Part shown: positions 52,039-63,300 of the stretch, in pieces
Layout: every line of letters begins with the position of its first letter
Position numbering within the stretch: position 1 is the first letter of the stretch
Source of the DNA: Anaerolineae bacterium
GTDB taxonomy: Bacteria; Chloroflexota; Anaerolineae; Epilineales; JAHCIE01
Assembly: GCA_034431435.1 (NCBI GenBank)
Contig: DAOUDG010000031.1
Location: 3,905-67,904 of the forward strand
Direction: 5' to 3'
DNA: 64,000 bases
The notes under the pieces: model-generated
What the model was told of the DNA's origin: nothing
Database searches by the model: none
What the model saw: the letters and a program-made list of their open reading frames with translations, nothing else
Translations under genes and position numbers: made by a program

Positions 52039-54774
52039 TCAGTCGAGGGTCACCAGGCCCAGGCGTTGGCTGACTTCGATAGCTTCCGCCCGGCTGCTGA
52101 CATCCAGCTTCTCGTAGATGTGATGAATGTGCTTCTTGACCGTCGATGGCGAGATGACCAGGCGGTGGGCGATTTCCCGATACGAGTGGCGGCGGACCAG
52201 CAGGTCCAGAATCTCCATCTCGCGAGGGCTGAGGGGGTCGCGAAGGCGAGCCTGGGCCTGCCGCTGGCGAAGCATGACACGATCGGTGGCGACGTGCAGC
52301 GATGGGCTGACGGCGAACTGCCGCAGCAGGTAGCCAACGTAGTCAGCCAACTCCTCACCTGGCGTCCATCGGTCGAGCAGGCGAGCCATATCGGGGCCAA
52401 GATCGAGGAAGCTGCGTGTGAACTGCCCCGGCTTGCCGAGGCGCACAGCCTGCTCAAGCCACGTCTCGGCCGCGGTCTTATCCCCCAGCTGGTCATAGGC
52501 CAGCGCGCTCAAGGCGGACACTTCGACGCGCATGGGGACATTCGAGAAGTCGGCCGACAGGTGTTCTAGATGCGCCAGGTGCGTGAGCGCCTCATGCGCA
52601 TCGTCACGCTGACCGCTGGCGAGTAGAACCCTTGCCTGCGCCAGCTGCGGCACCTCGGTAAGGATCATGGCCCCCCGCTCGGGCGTCGGCTGCGCATCGC
52701 GGAGCCAACGCAGAGCCTCGGCCGCATTCCTGCGCCGGGCAGCGCGGCGGGCACGGAACGAGGCGAGCAGGCGCAGCGTCACGAGGTTCGTCGTATCCCA
52801 GGCCAGCTCACTGAGACTGTCGAGCAAGGCATCCGCTGCCTGCGGCTGGCCCTCGAGGTCATTGACACGAGCCAGGGTAAAGATGCTGCTGCGCAGTACC
52901 ATGTGATTCATCTCATGGCGCTGGGCGAGAATCGCCTCGAGATGGCGGCGCGCCTCGCTCAGCTGGTTCCGCTCGTAGTGACTCAGCCCCAGGAAGAGAT
53001 TGGCCCAACCCACCCCAATGAGCCGTCGGTGGCGGCTGAAAAGCCGCAGCAACTGCTCACCGACGACCTCCATACTCGCCAGGTCCCCCCGCAGCCAGTG
53101 AACAAAGGTCAGGCCGAGGAGCGAGCGAATCACCAACTCCATGTTGTCTCGCTGCGTGCCATCCGCCACCGCCACATTCAGCAGGTCCAGCGCCGCCGCG
53201 TGGCGGCCGGTCAGGTGCAAGGCAACTCCCGAATTGAGGGTGGCCCAGCCATCCAGCGGCGAGTAAGAGGCGTCCACCGTCAGCCGCGCGCGAGTCGCCC
53301 GTTGCAGGGCCGCCTCGACATTGCCAGCCATCCATTCAACCGGCGCGGCCAGGGCAGCGAGACCCGCTTCGATGCCCGCCCTCGACCACGTCACCTGGTC
53401 AGCCACTGGCTCGTGGAGCAGCCGCTCGATTTGCTCGATGCGCCCGTGGAGCTGGGAATATCCCTGGCGGAGCGTCATGATCCACGTCTCGCCGATGAGG
53501 AGCACGGGGCTGCATGCGACCCTATCGGGTGGCAGCAGGCGCAGCCAGCCCTCCAGGCGCAGCCACTCCTCGTGCTTGATGAGCGTCAGCATGTGACTCT
53601 CGACGAGCCGCACGGCCCTGTCCACCGCTCCCGCTGCCAGGTAATGCCTGATCGCCTTATCAATCAGCCCACGCTCCTCGAACCAGGCCGCCGCGCGCCC
53701 ATGCAGCGTTTCGATCTCGGCCGGCTCAAGTGTCGCTTGCAGCCGAAACTGGAGCGCCTTATGCAGGAGACTGTGATGGCGGAACCAGACGCCATCGGCA
53801 TCCACTGGCACAACCAGGAGGTTCGTGCTGGCCAGCCAGTCGACAAACGCCTGCCCCGTCCACTCGCCGCGCACGCTGTTCGCTACCGCCTCGCACAGCG
53901 AGGGCGTAAGACCATCGAGAATCGAGGTCCTTAGCAGCATGGCTTGTACGGCAGGGGGCTGGTGAGAGTAGATTTCCTCTAGAAAGTAGGCCAGCACCTG
54001 ACTACGCGACGAGGCGTGTAGCCCCGTCATCACACTCGTCGCGGCGGCGTCATCGCGCCAGGCCAGGCCGAGAAGGCGGAGGGCAACCGCCCACCCTTCG
54101 GTGTGGGTAAGCGCCTCATCGACGAGCCTGGAAGCGACGGCGCGGCCCGCCGTCTGTTCCAGCAGCGCCTGCGCCTCCTGGTGGTCGAAGCGCAGATCGT
54201 CGGCCGATATGTCGAGGACAGCGCCCTGAGCGCGCAGGCGCGCCATCGGGAAGGGCGGCAGCCGTCGGCTGGCGATGATGAGATGGGTGGTCGAGGGCAG
54301 GCGGAGCAGCAACTCGTGCATGATGTGGTGCGTCGTCGCATCGCTGACCGCCTCGTAGTCGTCGAGGATGACCACCAGCTCCTGGCCCAGGGCGTCCAGC
54401 TCCGCCGCGAGACTGGCCGCCAGGGCGAGGGCGGATGGGACGGTCGCGCCGTTGAGAGACGTCAGCGTCGAGCGGCCAAAGGTAGGGAAATGGGTTTGGA
54501 TGCTGGCAATCAACGCCCGCAGGAAGGCTTCGGGGTGACTGTCGTCCCTCTCTACCGACAGCCAGGCGACCGGTAGGGGGCACATCTCCACCCAACTGCT
54601 CAAGAGGGAAGTCTTGCCGGTCCCGGCGGGCGCGGCAATCACCGTGATGGGTAGGCGCAGGGCGTGGTTGAGGCGATCCAGGAGGCGAGGGCGGGGGGTG
54701 AAGGCTGACGATATTCTGGGACGGTTGCGCTGTGTCTGCGGGCGAGGCGGTCTAGCAATCATGCCAACGGCCAT
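52039..54774 (-). CDS. LAL/MalT-type large ATP-binding LuxR-family transcriptional regulator (STAND NTPase + TPR-like + C-terminal LuxR HTH)
   Basis: Start placed at ATG 54774 (GGAGAG RBS); the track ORF extends to a GTG at 54822. Walker A APAGTGKTS; C-terminal LSPREMEILDLLVRRHSYREIAHRLVISPSTVKKHIHHIYEKLDVSSRAEAI LuxR-type HTH. Confidence 0.8.
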   Translation of the reverse strand: MAVGMIARPPRPQTQRNRPRISSAFTPRPRLLDRLNHALRLPITVIAAPAGTGKTSLLSSWVEMCPLPVAWLSVERDDSHPEAFLRALIASIQTHFPTFGRSTLTSLNGATVPSALALAASLAAELDALGQELVVILDDYEAVSDATTHHIMHELLLRLPSTTHLIIASRRLPPFPMARLRAQGAVLDISADDLRFDHQEAQALLEQTAGRAVASRLVDEALTHTEGWAVALRLLGLAWRDDAAATSVMTGLHASSRSQVLAYFLEEIYSHQPPAVQAMLLRTSILDGLTPSLCEAVANSVRGEWTGQAFVDWLASTNLLVVPVDADGVWFRHHSLLHKALQFRLQATLEPAEIETLHGRAAAWFEERGLIDKAIRHYLAAGAVDRAVRLVESHMLTLIKHEEWLRLEGWLRLLPPDRVACSPVLLIGETWIMTLRQGYSQLHGRIEQIERLLHEPVADQVTWSRAGIEAGLAALAAPVEWMAGNVEAALQRATRARLTVDASYSPLDGWATLNSGVALHLTGRHAAALDLLNVAVADGTQRDNMELVIRSLLGLTFVHWLRGDLASMEVVGEQLLRLFSRHRRLIGVGWANLFLGLSHYERNQLSEARRHLEAILAQRHEMNHMVLRSSIFTLARVNDLEGQPQAADALLDSLSELAWDTTNLVTLRLLASFRARRAARRRNAAEALRWLRDAQPTPERGAMILTEVPQLAQARVLLASGQRDDAHEALTHLAHLEHLSADFSNVPMRVEVSALSALAYDQLGDKTAAETWLEQAVRLGKPGQFTRSFLDLGPDMARLLDRWTPGEELADYVGYLLRQFAVSPSLHVATDRVMLRQRQAQARLRDPLSPREMEILDLLVRRHSYREIAHRLVISPSTVKKHIHHIYEKLDVSSRAEAIEVSQRLGLVTLD

Positions 54775-55118
54775 GCGACTCTCCTGGAACGCAGCCGCGA
54801 AGCTGGCGAAGCGTTCGCGCACAAGTCAATAGGCGCCACAGCGCCGTCGGCACACCAATTCAACGCCGCATTCGGGCAATTATACGTTCTCAGGTAAAGC
54901 TGTCAATATGCTGCTGAGACACGGCCACCCTTCAGGCGCACCTGCACCAACGGCTAGGTACGGCCCGCCCGCCTGCTATCCCCTCGCCGCCATTGGAATA
55001 GCCAATTCTTATCACGCACCGCGTCAAAACAGCCCATTTGACTATTGTTTTTCGCCTGACTCGGATGTATGATGGAGGCAGTGATGCAGCGCGTCATTTC
55101 CTCCACTTCACCCTCTGA

Positions 55119-56576
<1,458 letters not shown>

Positions 56577-56597
56577 TGCCGCAGCGAGGAGCCAGCA

Positions 56598-57017
56598 ATG
56601 CGTATCACCCAGGGTACCTTCTCCTATTTGCCCGACCTGACCGACGAGCAGATCACCGCCCAGGTGCAGTACTGCCTGGAGAATGACTGGCCCGTGTCCA
56701 TCGAGTACACCGACGACCCCCACCCGCGCAACGTCTACTGGGACATGTGGGGCATGCCCATGTTCGACCTCAAGGACGCCGCCGGGGTCATGAGCGAGAT
56801 CAACGCCTGCCGCGCCGCCTTCCCGAATCGCTATATCCGCGTCAACGGCTACGACCGTCGCCTGGGCCGTCAGACGACGGCCATCAGCTTCATCGTCAAC
56901 CGCCCGCTGGCGGAGCCGGGCTTCTACCTGGAGCGACAAGAGGTCGCGGATCGCCAGGTGCGCTATACCTTGCGTCCCTATGCGGCGGACCGGCCCAGCG
57001 GCCAGCGTTACGAGTAG
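56598..57017 (+). CDS. cbbS: RuBisCO small subunit (red-type, with C-terminal beta-hairpin extension)
   Basis: 139 aa; [19 protein letters not shown]...[26 protein letters not shown]. 21 nt after cbbL. Confidence 0.9.
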   Translation: MRITQGTFSYLPDLTDEQITAQVQYCLENDWPVSIEYTDDPHPRNVYWDMWGMPMFDLKDAAGVMSEINACRAAFPNRYIRVNGYDRRLGRQTTAISFIVNRPLAEPGFYLERQEVADRQVRYTLRPYAADRPSGQRYE

Positions 57018-57025
57018 ACCAGCCT

Positions 57026-57934
57026 ATGGACCAGACACCGACGACTGATACTTTCATCGACCTGGACGAAATGTACCGCGAGTCCAACATCCAGGAGATT
57101 CTGGACGAGCTGGACCGCGAGCTGGTGGGGCTGAAGCCGGTCAAGCGGCGGCTGCGCGAGATCGCCGCCCTGCTCCTGGTGGCGCGGCTGCGCGAGAACC
57201 TAGGTCTCAGCACCGAACGCCCCTCGCTGCACATGAGTTTCACCGGCCGCCCCGGCACGGGCAAGACGACCGTCGCGTTACGCATGGCCAAGATTCTGCA
57301 CCACGTGGGCTACGTGCGACGTGGCCATCTGGTCGTGGCAACCCGCGATGACCTGGTGGGCCAGTACGTGGGCCACACCGCGCCCAAGACGAAGGAAGTG
57401 CTGAAGAAGGCCATGGGCGGCGTGCTGTTCATCGACGAGGCGTACTACCTGTACCGCCCCGAAAATGAGCGCGACTATGGGCAGGAAGCCATCGAGATGC
57501 TGCTCCAGGTGATGGAGAACCAGCGCGAGGACCTGGTAGTTATCCTGGCGGGTTACAAGGACCGCATGGAGACCTTCTTCCAGTCTAACCCTGGTTTCCA
57601 CTCACGCATCGCCCACCACCTGGACTTTCCCGACTACGAGTTGGACGAACTGATGGCAATTGCCGAGCTGATGCTACAGCGGCAGCGCTACCACCTCGAC
57701 GCCGCCGCGCGGCAGGCTTTCGCCGAGTATCTGGCCCTGCGCGTCACCCAACCCCACTTCGCCAACGCCCGCAGTGTCCGCAACGCCATCGACCGCCTCA
57801 AGCTGCGCCAGGCTAACCGCCTGCTCGCCCACGGTGGCCGCATCAGCGCCGAGGAATTGACGCGCATCGACGCTGCCGACATCCGCGCCAGCCGCGTCTT
57901 CCGCGGCGGCCTGGACAGCGACAACGGCGCGTAG
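57026..57934 (+). CDS. cbbX: CbbX, red-type RuBisCO activase (AAA+ ATPase)
   Basis: ATG 57026, 9 nt after the cbbS stop. Walker [10 protein letters not shown], Walker B VLFIDEAY; overall collinear with CbbX. Confidence 0.9.
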   Translation: MDQTPTTDTFIDLDEMYRESNIQEILDELDRELVGLKPVKRRLREIAALLLVARLRENLGLSTERPSLHMSFTGRPGTGKTTVALRMAKILHHVGYVRRGHLVVATRDDLVGQYVGHTAPKTKEVLKKAMGGVLFIDEAYYLYRPENERDYGQEAIEMLLQVMENQREDLVVILAGYKDRMETFFQSNPGFHSRIAHHLDFPDYELDELMAIAELMLQRQRYHLDAAARQAFAEYLALRVTQPHFANARSVRNAIDRLKLRQANRLLAHGGRISAEELTRIDAADIRASRVFRGGLDSDNGA

Positions 57935-57958
57935 ACGCTTCACAGGAGAGTAACGCTC

Positions 57959-58963
57959 ATGAGAACAGGACGCCGCCCCATCATCCTGGGTATCGTCGGC
58001 GACAGCGCGGCGGGCAAGACGACCCTGACTCGCGGCCTGGTGAACATCCTCGGGCCAGAGCGTGTCACCCATGTCTGCACCGACGACTACCACAAGTACG
58101 ACCGCAAGGAGCGCGCCGAACTTGGCATCTCAGCGCTCCACCCCGACTGCAACTATGTCGACATCATGGAACTGCATATGGAGCGTCTGCATTACGGGCA
58201 ACCCATCCTCAAGCCGGTGTACGACCATTCCAACGGCACACTGACCCGGCCGCAGTACGTCCAACCACGCGACTTTGTGATTGTCGAGGGCCTGCTAGGC
58301 TACTCGACGCCCAATCTGCGCCAGTTTTACGATGTCAAGGTCTACCTCGACCCGCCTGAGGACTTGCGCCACGTCTGGAAGATTCGCCGCGATACGACCA
58401 AGCGCGGCTACACGCCCGATCAGGTCCGGGCGGAACTGGTGCGGCGTGAGCCGGATTCCCGCGACTTCATCCGCCCGCAGCGCGCCCACGCCGACATGGT
58501 AGTGAGCTTCTACCCGCCTACGGGCCAGTCCGTGGAGGAGGCCGACGGCACGCTGAACGTGCGCCTGACCCTGCGCCCGACCATCCCGCACCCCGACCTG
58601 GCCTATCTGCTAGAGAATGAGTCCCACCCCGACTACGGCATCCGCCTCGGCCTGGGGCGCGACAGCGGCCGCCCCGTCGACATCCTCGACATTGATGGTG
58701 GCGTTGCCAGCGAGCACGCCGCCAACCTGGAAGAGGCCATCTGGCAGCACCTGCCCGACCTGCGCCCCTTGCGCGACGACCAGTTTGGCGACTACCAGGG
58801 GAGCAGTGGCTCGGCGCATAGCCACCCACTGGCGCTGACCCAATTGCTGCTGACCTATCACCTGCTGCGTAAGTACAAGGACCTCAGCCACCTGCCCTTC
58901 GCCACCCCGCTGGAGGCGCTCAGCCGTATCAAGCGTTCCCAGCAGCCCGCCATGAGCGGGTGA
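57959..58963 (+). CDS. prk: Phosphoribulokinase
   Basis: 334 aa; P-loop IILGIVGDSAAGKTT, CTDDYHKYDRKER, PRK/UK-family core. Confidence 0.85.
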   Translation: MRTGRRPIILGIVGDSAAGKTTLTRGLVNILGPERVTHVCTDDYHKYDRKERAELGISALHPDCNYVDIMELHMERLHYGQPILKPVYDHSNGTLTRPQYVQPRDFVIVEGLLGYSTPNLRQFYDVKVYLDPPEDLRHVWKIRRDTTKRGYTPDQVRAELVRREPDSRDFIRPQRAHADMVVSFYPPTGQSVEEADGTLNVRLTLRPTIPHPDLAYLLENESHPDYGIRLGLGRDSGRPVDILDIDGGVASEHAANLEEAIWQHLPDLRPLRDDQFGDYQGSSGSAHSHPLALTQLLLTYHLLRKYKDLSHLPFATPLEALSRIKRSQQPAMSG

Positions 58964-59017
58964 CGCCTGGGTGGTGGCTAATCGACCCGCCTCGCCACCA
59001 CGAACGGCATACAGGTA

Positions 59018-59073
59018 CACAGACACACAGGCACGTCAGGAGGTCAGCCCCCCGACGTGCCTGTGTGTCTGTG
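59018..59073. terminator. Perfect 20-bp inverted repeat (CACAGACACACAGGCACGTC / GACGTGCCTGTGTGTCTGTG) with 16-nt loop AGGAGGTCAGCCCCCC; candidate bidirectional terminator between convergent prk and methyltransferase genes
   Basis: Read directly from the sequence: left arm 59018..59037, loop 59038..59053, right arm 59054..59073. Confidence 0.45.
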
Positions 59074-59136
59074 CCCTCATCGATGCCGCATCGCCCCACA
59101 CATCGACGTTCTCGGCGTGCCTCTCCACGCGCTGCC

Positions 59137-59940
59137 TCACCCTTTGCTCGCCGTCACTATGTGCGCGGGCATGCTGAACGTCACCGTTCCATCCCCCGCT
59201 ACGAAGGGCTGGAGGCGCTCCTGGGCAGCCGCCAGCAGCGCCTCGAATTGGGCGTCATCCAGGCGTTGCGCCAGGGGCGGCCAGCCCTTTACCTCGGTCG
59301 CGACCCAATCACGGAGCGACGGGAAGCGCACCGTGCCTGGGTGAGTCGTGACGACCGCCGACGGCACACCGGCCGCCGCGAACAAGGCCGCCAGCTCATC
59401 AGGGTCGCCCAGCACGAACGGCGCGCGCAGAATGTCCGCGACCGACACGCCGAAGCGCTCCTCGAGCAGGCCGGTGAGCGCCGCCTCGCCGGGCGCGTGT
59501 TCCAGCGTATCCCAGACGGCCACCACCAGCCGCCCGCCTGGCCGCAGCGCGCGCATCATTTCCCTCAAAGCCGCCGGTCGATCGGTAAAGAACATCAAGC
59601 CGAACTGGCTGACCACGGCATCGAAGCTGTCATCTGCAAAGGGCAACGCCTCTGCTGGTCCCTGCCGCCACTCAATCCCTGGCGCGAGCCGCGCGGCGAC
59701 CGCCAGCATACCATCATCCAGATCGAGGCCGGTGACCCGCCCCACAGCGCCGACCCGCGCCGCCACCGTCCGCGCCAGAATACCCGTGCCGCACGCCACA
59801 TCGAGCGCGTGGGCGCCCGGTGTGACAGCCGCTGCATCCGCCACCCGATACGCCCACGGTTGGAACAGCATCGGCACGAAGAGCGCCTCATACATCTCCG
59901 CCGCCTCGGTCGCGGTCGGCAATCGTTCCGCCGCACGCAT
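59137..59940 (-). CDS. Class I SAM-dependent methyltransferase (Methyltransf_11-like)
   Basis: ATG 59940 with AAGGAGG 6 nt upstream. LDVACGTGILAR motif I; ...LRPGGRLVVAVWD.... Confidence 0.75.
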   Translation of the reverse strand: MRAAERLPTATEAAEMYEALFVPMLFQPWAYRVADAAAVTPGAHALDVACGTGILARTVAARVGAVGRVTGLDLDDGMLAVAARLAPGIEWRQGPAEALPFADDSFDAVVSQFGLMFFTDRPAALREMMRALRPGGRLVVAVWDTLEHAPGEAALTGLLEERFGVSVADILRAPFVLGDPDELAALFAAAGVPSAVVTTHPGTVRFPSLRDWVATEVKGWPPLAQRLDDAQFEALLAAAQERLQPFVAGDGTVTFSMPAHIVTASKG

Positions 59941-60098
59941 CGCGTCCTCCTTGCTGCTGAAGACTGCGCGGGCCAGCCGCTGGCGGGTTAGCCCAGCGCG
60001 AGTATAATTTCGGCCCCATGCTGCCATTCTACCGCCCTACCCACAGGGGTCTAGTTCAATTTCTGAACCTGTCGCCGCCCTACGGAAGGAGGCCGACC

Positions 60099-60809
60099 AT
60101 GCGCAGCTACGGCCAGTACTGCCCCATCGCGAAGGCGGTGGAAGTCTTGGGCGATCGTTGGACGCTCCTGATCGTGCGCGATATGCTCACGGGCACGCGG
60201 CGCTTCAACGACCTGGAGCGCGGGCTGCCTGGCATCTCGCGGGCGCTGCTGGCGTCGCGTCTCCGCCACTTGCAGCGAATGGGTATCCTTGAAAAGAGGG
60301 TCATGGGGCATGAGCGGGCCACCGAGTACCACCTGACCGCAGCTGGTCAGGAGTTGCAAGGGGTGATCAATGCCCTGCTGACGTGGGGCGCACAGTGGGC
60401 CTTCGGCCCGCCGACCGCCGAGGAGATCGACCCGCTCCTGCTCATGTGGTGGATGCGCGACCGGGTCTATCGTGACCGACTGCCGGCGCGGCGCGTGGTC
60501 GTGCAATTCGACTTCGACGGCGCGGAGCGGGTCACGTACTGGCTGATTCTCGCGCCGAACGATGTGTCCGTGTGCCTTACCCAGCCGGGTTACGACGTCG
60601 ATGTCCTGGTCGAAGCTGACCCGGCGGTCTGCCTCCAGGTGTGGATGGGACGCATGAACTTCGCCCAGGCGGTACGGCAGCGACAGATCGAGCTGGCAGG
60701 CCCCTCTGCATTGGTGCGTGCCTTCCCTGACTGGTTCGCTCTCAGCCTGGCCGCGCCCGCCGTCCGCGCGTCAGGTCGCAGCATGGGCGCATCGCTTGAG
60801 CTAGCCTGA
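60099..60809 (+). CDS. HxlR-family (MarR-like winged-helix) transcriptional regulator with C-terminal extension
   Basis: ATG 60099 after GGAAGGAGG. YCPIAKAVEVLGDRWTLLIVRDML...RFNDLERGLPGISRALLASRLRHLQRMGIL HxlR signature, then a ~130-aa extra domain. Confidence 0.75.
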   Translation: MRSYGQYCPIAKAVEVLGDRWTLLIVRDMLTGTRRFNDLERGLPGISRALLASRLRHLQRMGILEKRVMGHERATEYHLTAAGQELQGVINALLTWGAQWAFGPPTAEEIDPLLLMWWMRDRVYRDRLPARRVVVQFDFDGAERVTYWLILAPNDVSVCLTQPGYDVDVLVEADPAVCLQVWMGRMNFAQAVRQRQIELAGPSALVRAFPDWFALSLAAPAVRASGRSMGASLELA

Positions 60810-60819
60810 GGAGAAGACC

Positions 60820-61278
60820 ATGTCCACGAGCCAACCCACCGACGAGTCCCGTGTCCCCTGGCGCGGCGTCCACCACATCGCCCTGGTGACGCCCGACCTG
60901 GAGGCAACCATCGACTTCTACCAGGACGTGCTTGGCATGACCGTGCTCGCCTTCTTCCCGGCCACCAACTACTCCGGCCGCCATGCCTTCATCCAACCGG
61001 GCGACACGCCGACTTGGGGTCTGCACTTCTTCGAGCAGCCCGAGGCGCAGGTCTTCGCCTACCCCGCCGCCATGCCCCGCTTTGCCGTCGTGCCTGGCGC
61101 CTTGCAGCACATCGCCTTCGCCCTGCCAGGTCGCGCCGACGGCGAGGCGCTGCGCGCGCGGCTCATCGCCCACGGCGTCACCCCCACGCCCGTCACGACC
61201 CTGGGCCAGATTCAAAACACCCTCTTCCGCGACAACAACGGCCTGCTCCTGGAAGCGACCTGGCCGCGGGAGGAGTAG
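60820..61278 (+). CDS. VOC-family (glyoxalase/bleomycin-resistance/dioxygenase fold) protein
   Basis: 152 aa; HHIALVTPDLEATIDFYQDVLGM ... HIAFAL paired beta-alpha-beta-beta-beta modules. Confidence 0.7.
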   Translation: MSTSQPTDESRVPWRGVHHIALVTPDLEATIDFYQDVLGMTVLAFFPATNYSGRHAFIQPGDTPTWGLHFFEQPEAQVFAYPAAMPRFAVVPGALQHIAFALPGRADGEALRARLIAHGVTPTPVTTLGQIQNTLFRDNNGLLLEATWPREE

Positions 61279-61408
61279 CTCGCCGGGGCAAGACATGCGC
61301 TTGACATACTGTGGGGTTGCCCTTACACTACGAGTGGACTTCTGCCCTGTCATGCTGTACGAGGCGGCGATGGGCGAACTGGCCCCGCCCGGCTGAGTCA
61401 GGCTGCAT

Positions 61409-61858
61409 ATGCGAGCGCGCTACGTTCACACCAATCTGATCGCCGAGGACTGGCGGCGGCTGGCTGACTTCTACCGCCAGGTCTTTGGCTGTGTGCCCGT
61501 GCCGCCGGAGCGAGACTACAGCGGCGCGGCCCTGGCGGCAGGCACAGGGCTTGCCGATGCTCGCCTGAGCGGCGTTCATCTCCGCCTGCCGGGCTATGGG
61601 GACGGCGGGCCTACGCTCGAAATCTACACGTACCATGTCCTCGCTACCTCGGGCACACGCGCCGTCAATCGCCCTGGCTATGGGCACATTGCCTTTGAAG
61701 TGGACGACGTGGCGCGGGCACGCCAGGCGATTCTGGAGCACGGCGGGCAGCCCATCGGAGACATCGTAACGTTGACGACTGCCATCGGCACGCGGGTGAC
61801 GTGGTGTTACGTGACCGACCCCGAGGGCAACGCCATCGAGTTGCAGGCATGGGGCTAG
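61409..61858 (+). CDS. VOC-family (glyoxalase-like) protein, second paralog
   Basis: 149 aa; HTNLIAEDWRRLADFYRQVFG ... GHIAFEVDDV ... DPEGNAIEL. Confidence 0.7.
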   Translation: MRARYVHTNLIAEDWRRLADFYRQVFGCVPVPPERDYSGAALAAGTGLADARLSGVHLRLPGYGDGGPTLEIYTYHVLATSGTRAVNRPGYGHIAFEVDDVARARQAILEHGGQPIGDIVTLTTAIGTRVTWCYVTDPEGNAIELQAWG

Positions 61859-61882
61859 CGGTGGCCCAGTAGGGAGGATACC

Positions 61883-62377
61883 ATGCTTCGCCCGCTCGTT
61901 CTGATCGCCCTCACGGTAGCCCTGGTTGTCCTGCTTGGTGGCTGCCAGCGCGAAACGCCGCCCGGCCCGGAGGCCGCCGCCACGATTCCCGCCCTGGTCG
62001 CGGCCCAGGCGACAGCGACGCCTCGGTCGACTCTGGTGGCCCAGCCTGCCACGCCGCTGGCCCCGCTCTCGACCATCCCTGCGGTTCCGGCGGCGACGGT
62101 TGTCGGCCGCCCGGCGCCGGCGGCCACGGCCCGCCCGGCCATCGTGGCGTCGCCGACCGACACCCAGTACATCCGCTTCCTCATCAACGTCAACCTGCGC
62201 GGCGGGCCGGGCGTGAACTACCCGCGCCTCGGCCAGATTTTCGCCGGGCAGACCGCCAAAGTGACGGGCGTGAGCGCCGACAAGGGCTGGTGGCGCATCC
62301 TGTGCCTGGACGGGACGACCGGCAACTGCTGGGTATCCGCCGACCCTAAGCTCACGCAACCGACGACAGGCCCGTGA
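61883..62377 (+). CDS. Lipoprotein with Ala/Pro/Thr-rich linker and C-terminal bacterial SH3-like domain
   Basis: Lipobox LLGGC; C-terminal ...NVNLRGGPGVNYPRLGQIFAGQTAKVTGVSADKGWWRI... SH3b-like. Confidence 0.55.
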   Translation: MLRPLVLIALTVALVVLLGGCQRETPPGPEAAATIPALVAAQATATPRSTLVAQPATPLAPLSTIPAVPAATVVGRPAPAATARPAIVASPTDTQYIRFLINVNLRGGPGVNYPRLGQIFAGQTAKVTGVSADKGWWRILCLDGTTGNCWVSADPKLTQPTTGP

Positions 62378-62445
62378 CCAATCGCATGCCAGGGCGATGA
62401 GTGCGAGGGGCGGGGTCTCGCTGCCCGTCGAGCGCAGAGTGGAAC

Positions 62446-62474
62446 TTGAATCTGCGGGTCAACGCGCCTACAGT
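62446..62474 (+). promoter_or_regulatory. Candidate promoter TTGAAT-17 nt-TACAGT upstream of the 62650 gene
   Basis: Hexamers read from the sequence. A 10-bp-stem hairpin GCCGCCGACT-TCG-AGTCGGCGGC lies at ~62544..62566, between this element and the gene start. Confidence 0.2.
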
Positions 62475-62649
62475 ATAGGTATGCTTCGCCTGCGGGCCTT
62501 GTGACCGTCGGTCGACCAGCCCACTTCGAGCGGGCTGCGTATTCTTGCCGCCGACTTCGAGTCGGCGGCCCTGGTGAGACCTCTCATGCCCCCGCCTGCC
62601 AACAATCCCCTGCCCACTGCGAAAGTCTGTATCATGGCGAGGCCAGGCC

Positions 62650-63300
62650 GTGATTGACGAGCACAGCTACGACGGCCTGCCACTTCAGACAGGCGACATC
62701 ATCTGCACCCAGAACGGCCAGCCGCGCAGTCTGGCCGGCCAGTTCTGGTACGCCATCGGTCGCCTGGTCCCTGGCGAGATCGACCACGTGGCCGTCTACG
62801 TTGGGCCGGGCGGGCGGCTGGTCGAGGCGGGGGTGCGGGGCGTCATCGCCTATACGATGGCGGGCGACACGTGGGACGCCTTCAAGCTGCGCCAGGCGCG
62901 TGCCCTGCGGGATACCCTCGTCGGCGTCGCATATCCATTGTTGGGGTTGGGCCTGTCTCTGGACGACGAGACGCGCATCCGCGAGGACGTCGCCGAGTTC
63001 TGCCTGGCCCAGGCGGCCGCTGGCAAGCCCTACAACCCCATCATTCCCATCGCGGAGACCGACGCCTGGTTCTATTGCAGCCAGTTGGCGTATCGCGCCT
63101 ATCAGGCCCACGGCATCGACCTCAACTGCAACCGAGGCGTCCCGCGCGGCCCGGGCCTGGACGGAATCATCTTCCCCGAGGAAATCTGGCAGGCCTGCCC
63201 CCATCGGCGTGTGGGCGGTGCGTTGGAGACGCCCGACGGCGCTGCAGGGCGGTCTGCCACCCCATCCGCGGCCGGCCGGGTGGGCCGGGACATCCCATGA
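62650..63300 (+). CDS. Permuted papain-fold (YiiX/YaeF-like, NlpC/P60 superfamily) putative amidase
   Basis: 216 aa; GDIICTQNG...DHVAVYVG...CSQLAYRAY arrangement (Cys after His) typical of permuted papain-like enzymes. Family assignment tentative. Confidence 0.45.
   Translation: MIDEHSYDGLPLQTGDIICTQNGQPRSLAGQFWYAIGRLVPGEIDHVAVYVGPGGRLVEAGVRGVIAYTMAGDTWDAFKLRQARALRDTLVGVAYPLLGLGLSLDDETRIREDVAEFCLAQAAAGKPYNPIIPIAETDAWFYCSQLAYRAYQAHGIDLNCNRGVPRGPGLDGIIFPEEIWQACPHRRVGGALETPDGAAGRSATPSAAGRVGRDIP

Noticed and set aside
52903-53934. 343-aa plus-strand ORF antisense to the LAL regulator gene
   Set aside because: Shadow ORF without domains.
58960-59991. 343-aa plus-strand ORF spanning the prk-methyltransferase gap and antisense to the methyltransferase gene
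   Set aside because: Arg/His/Pro-rich with no motifs. It covers the 20-bp inverted repeat, which is better explained as a terminator.
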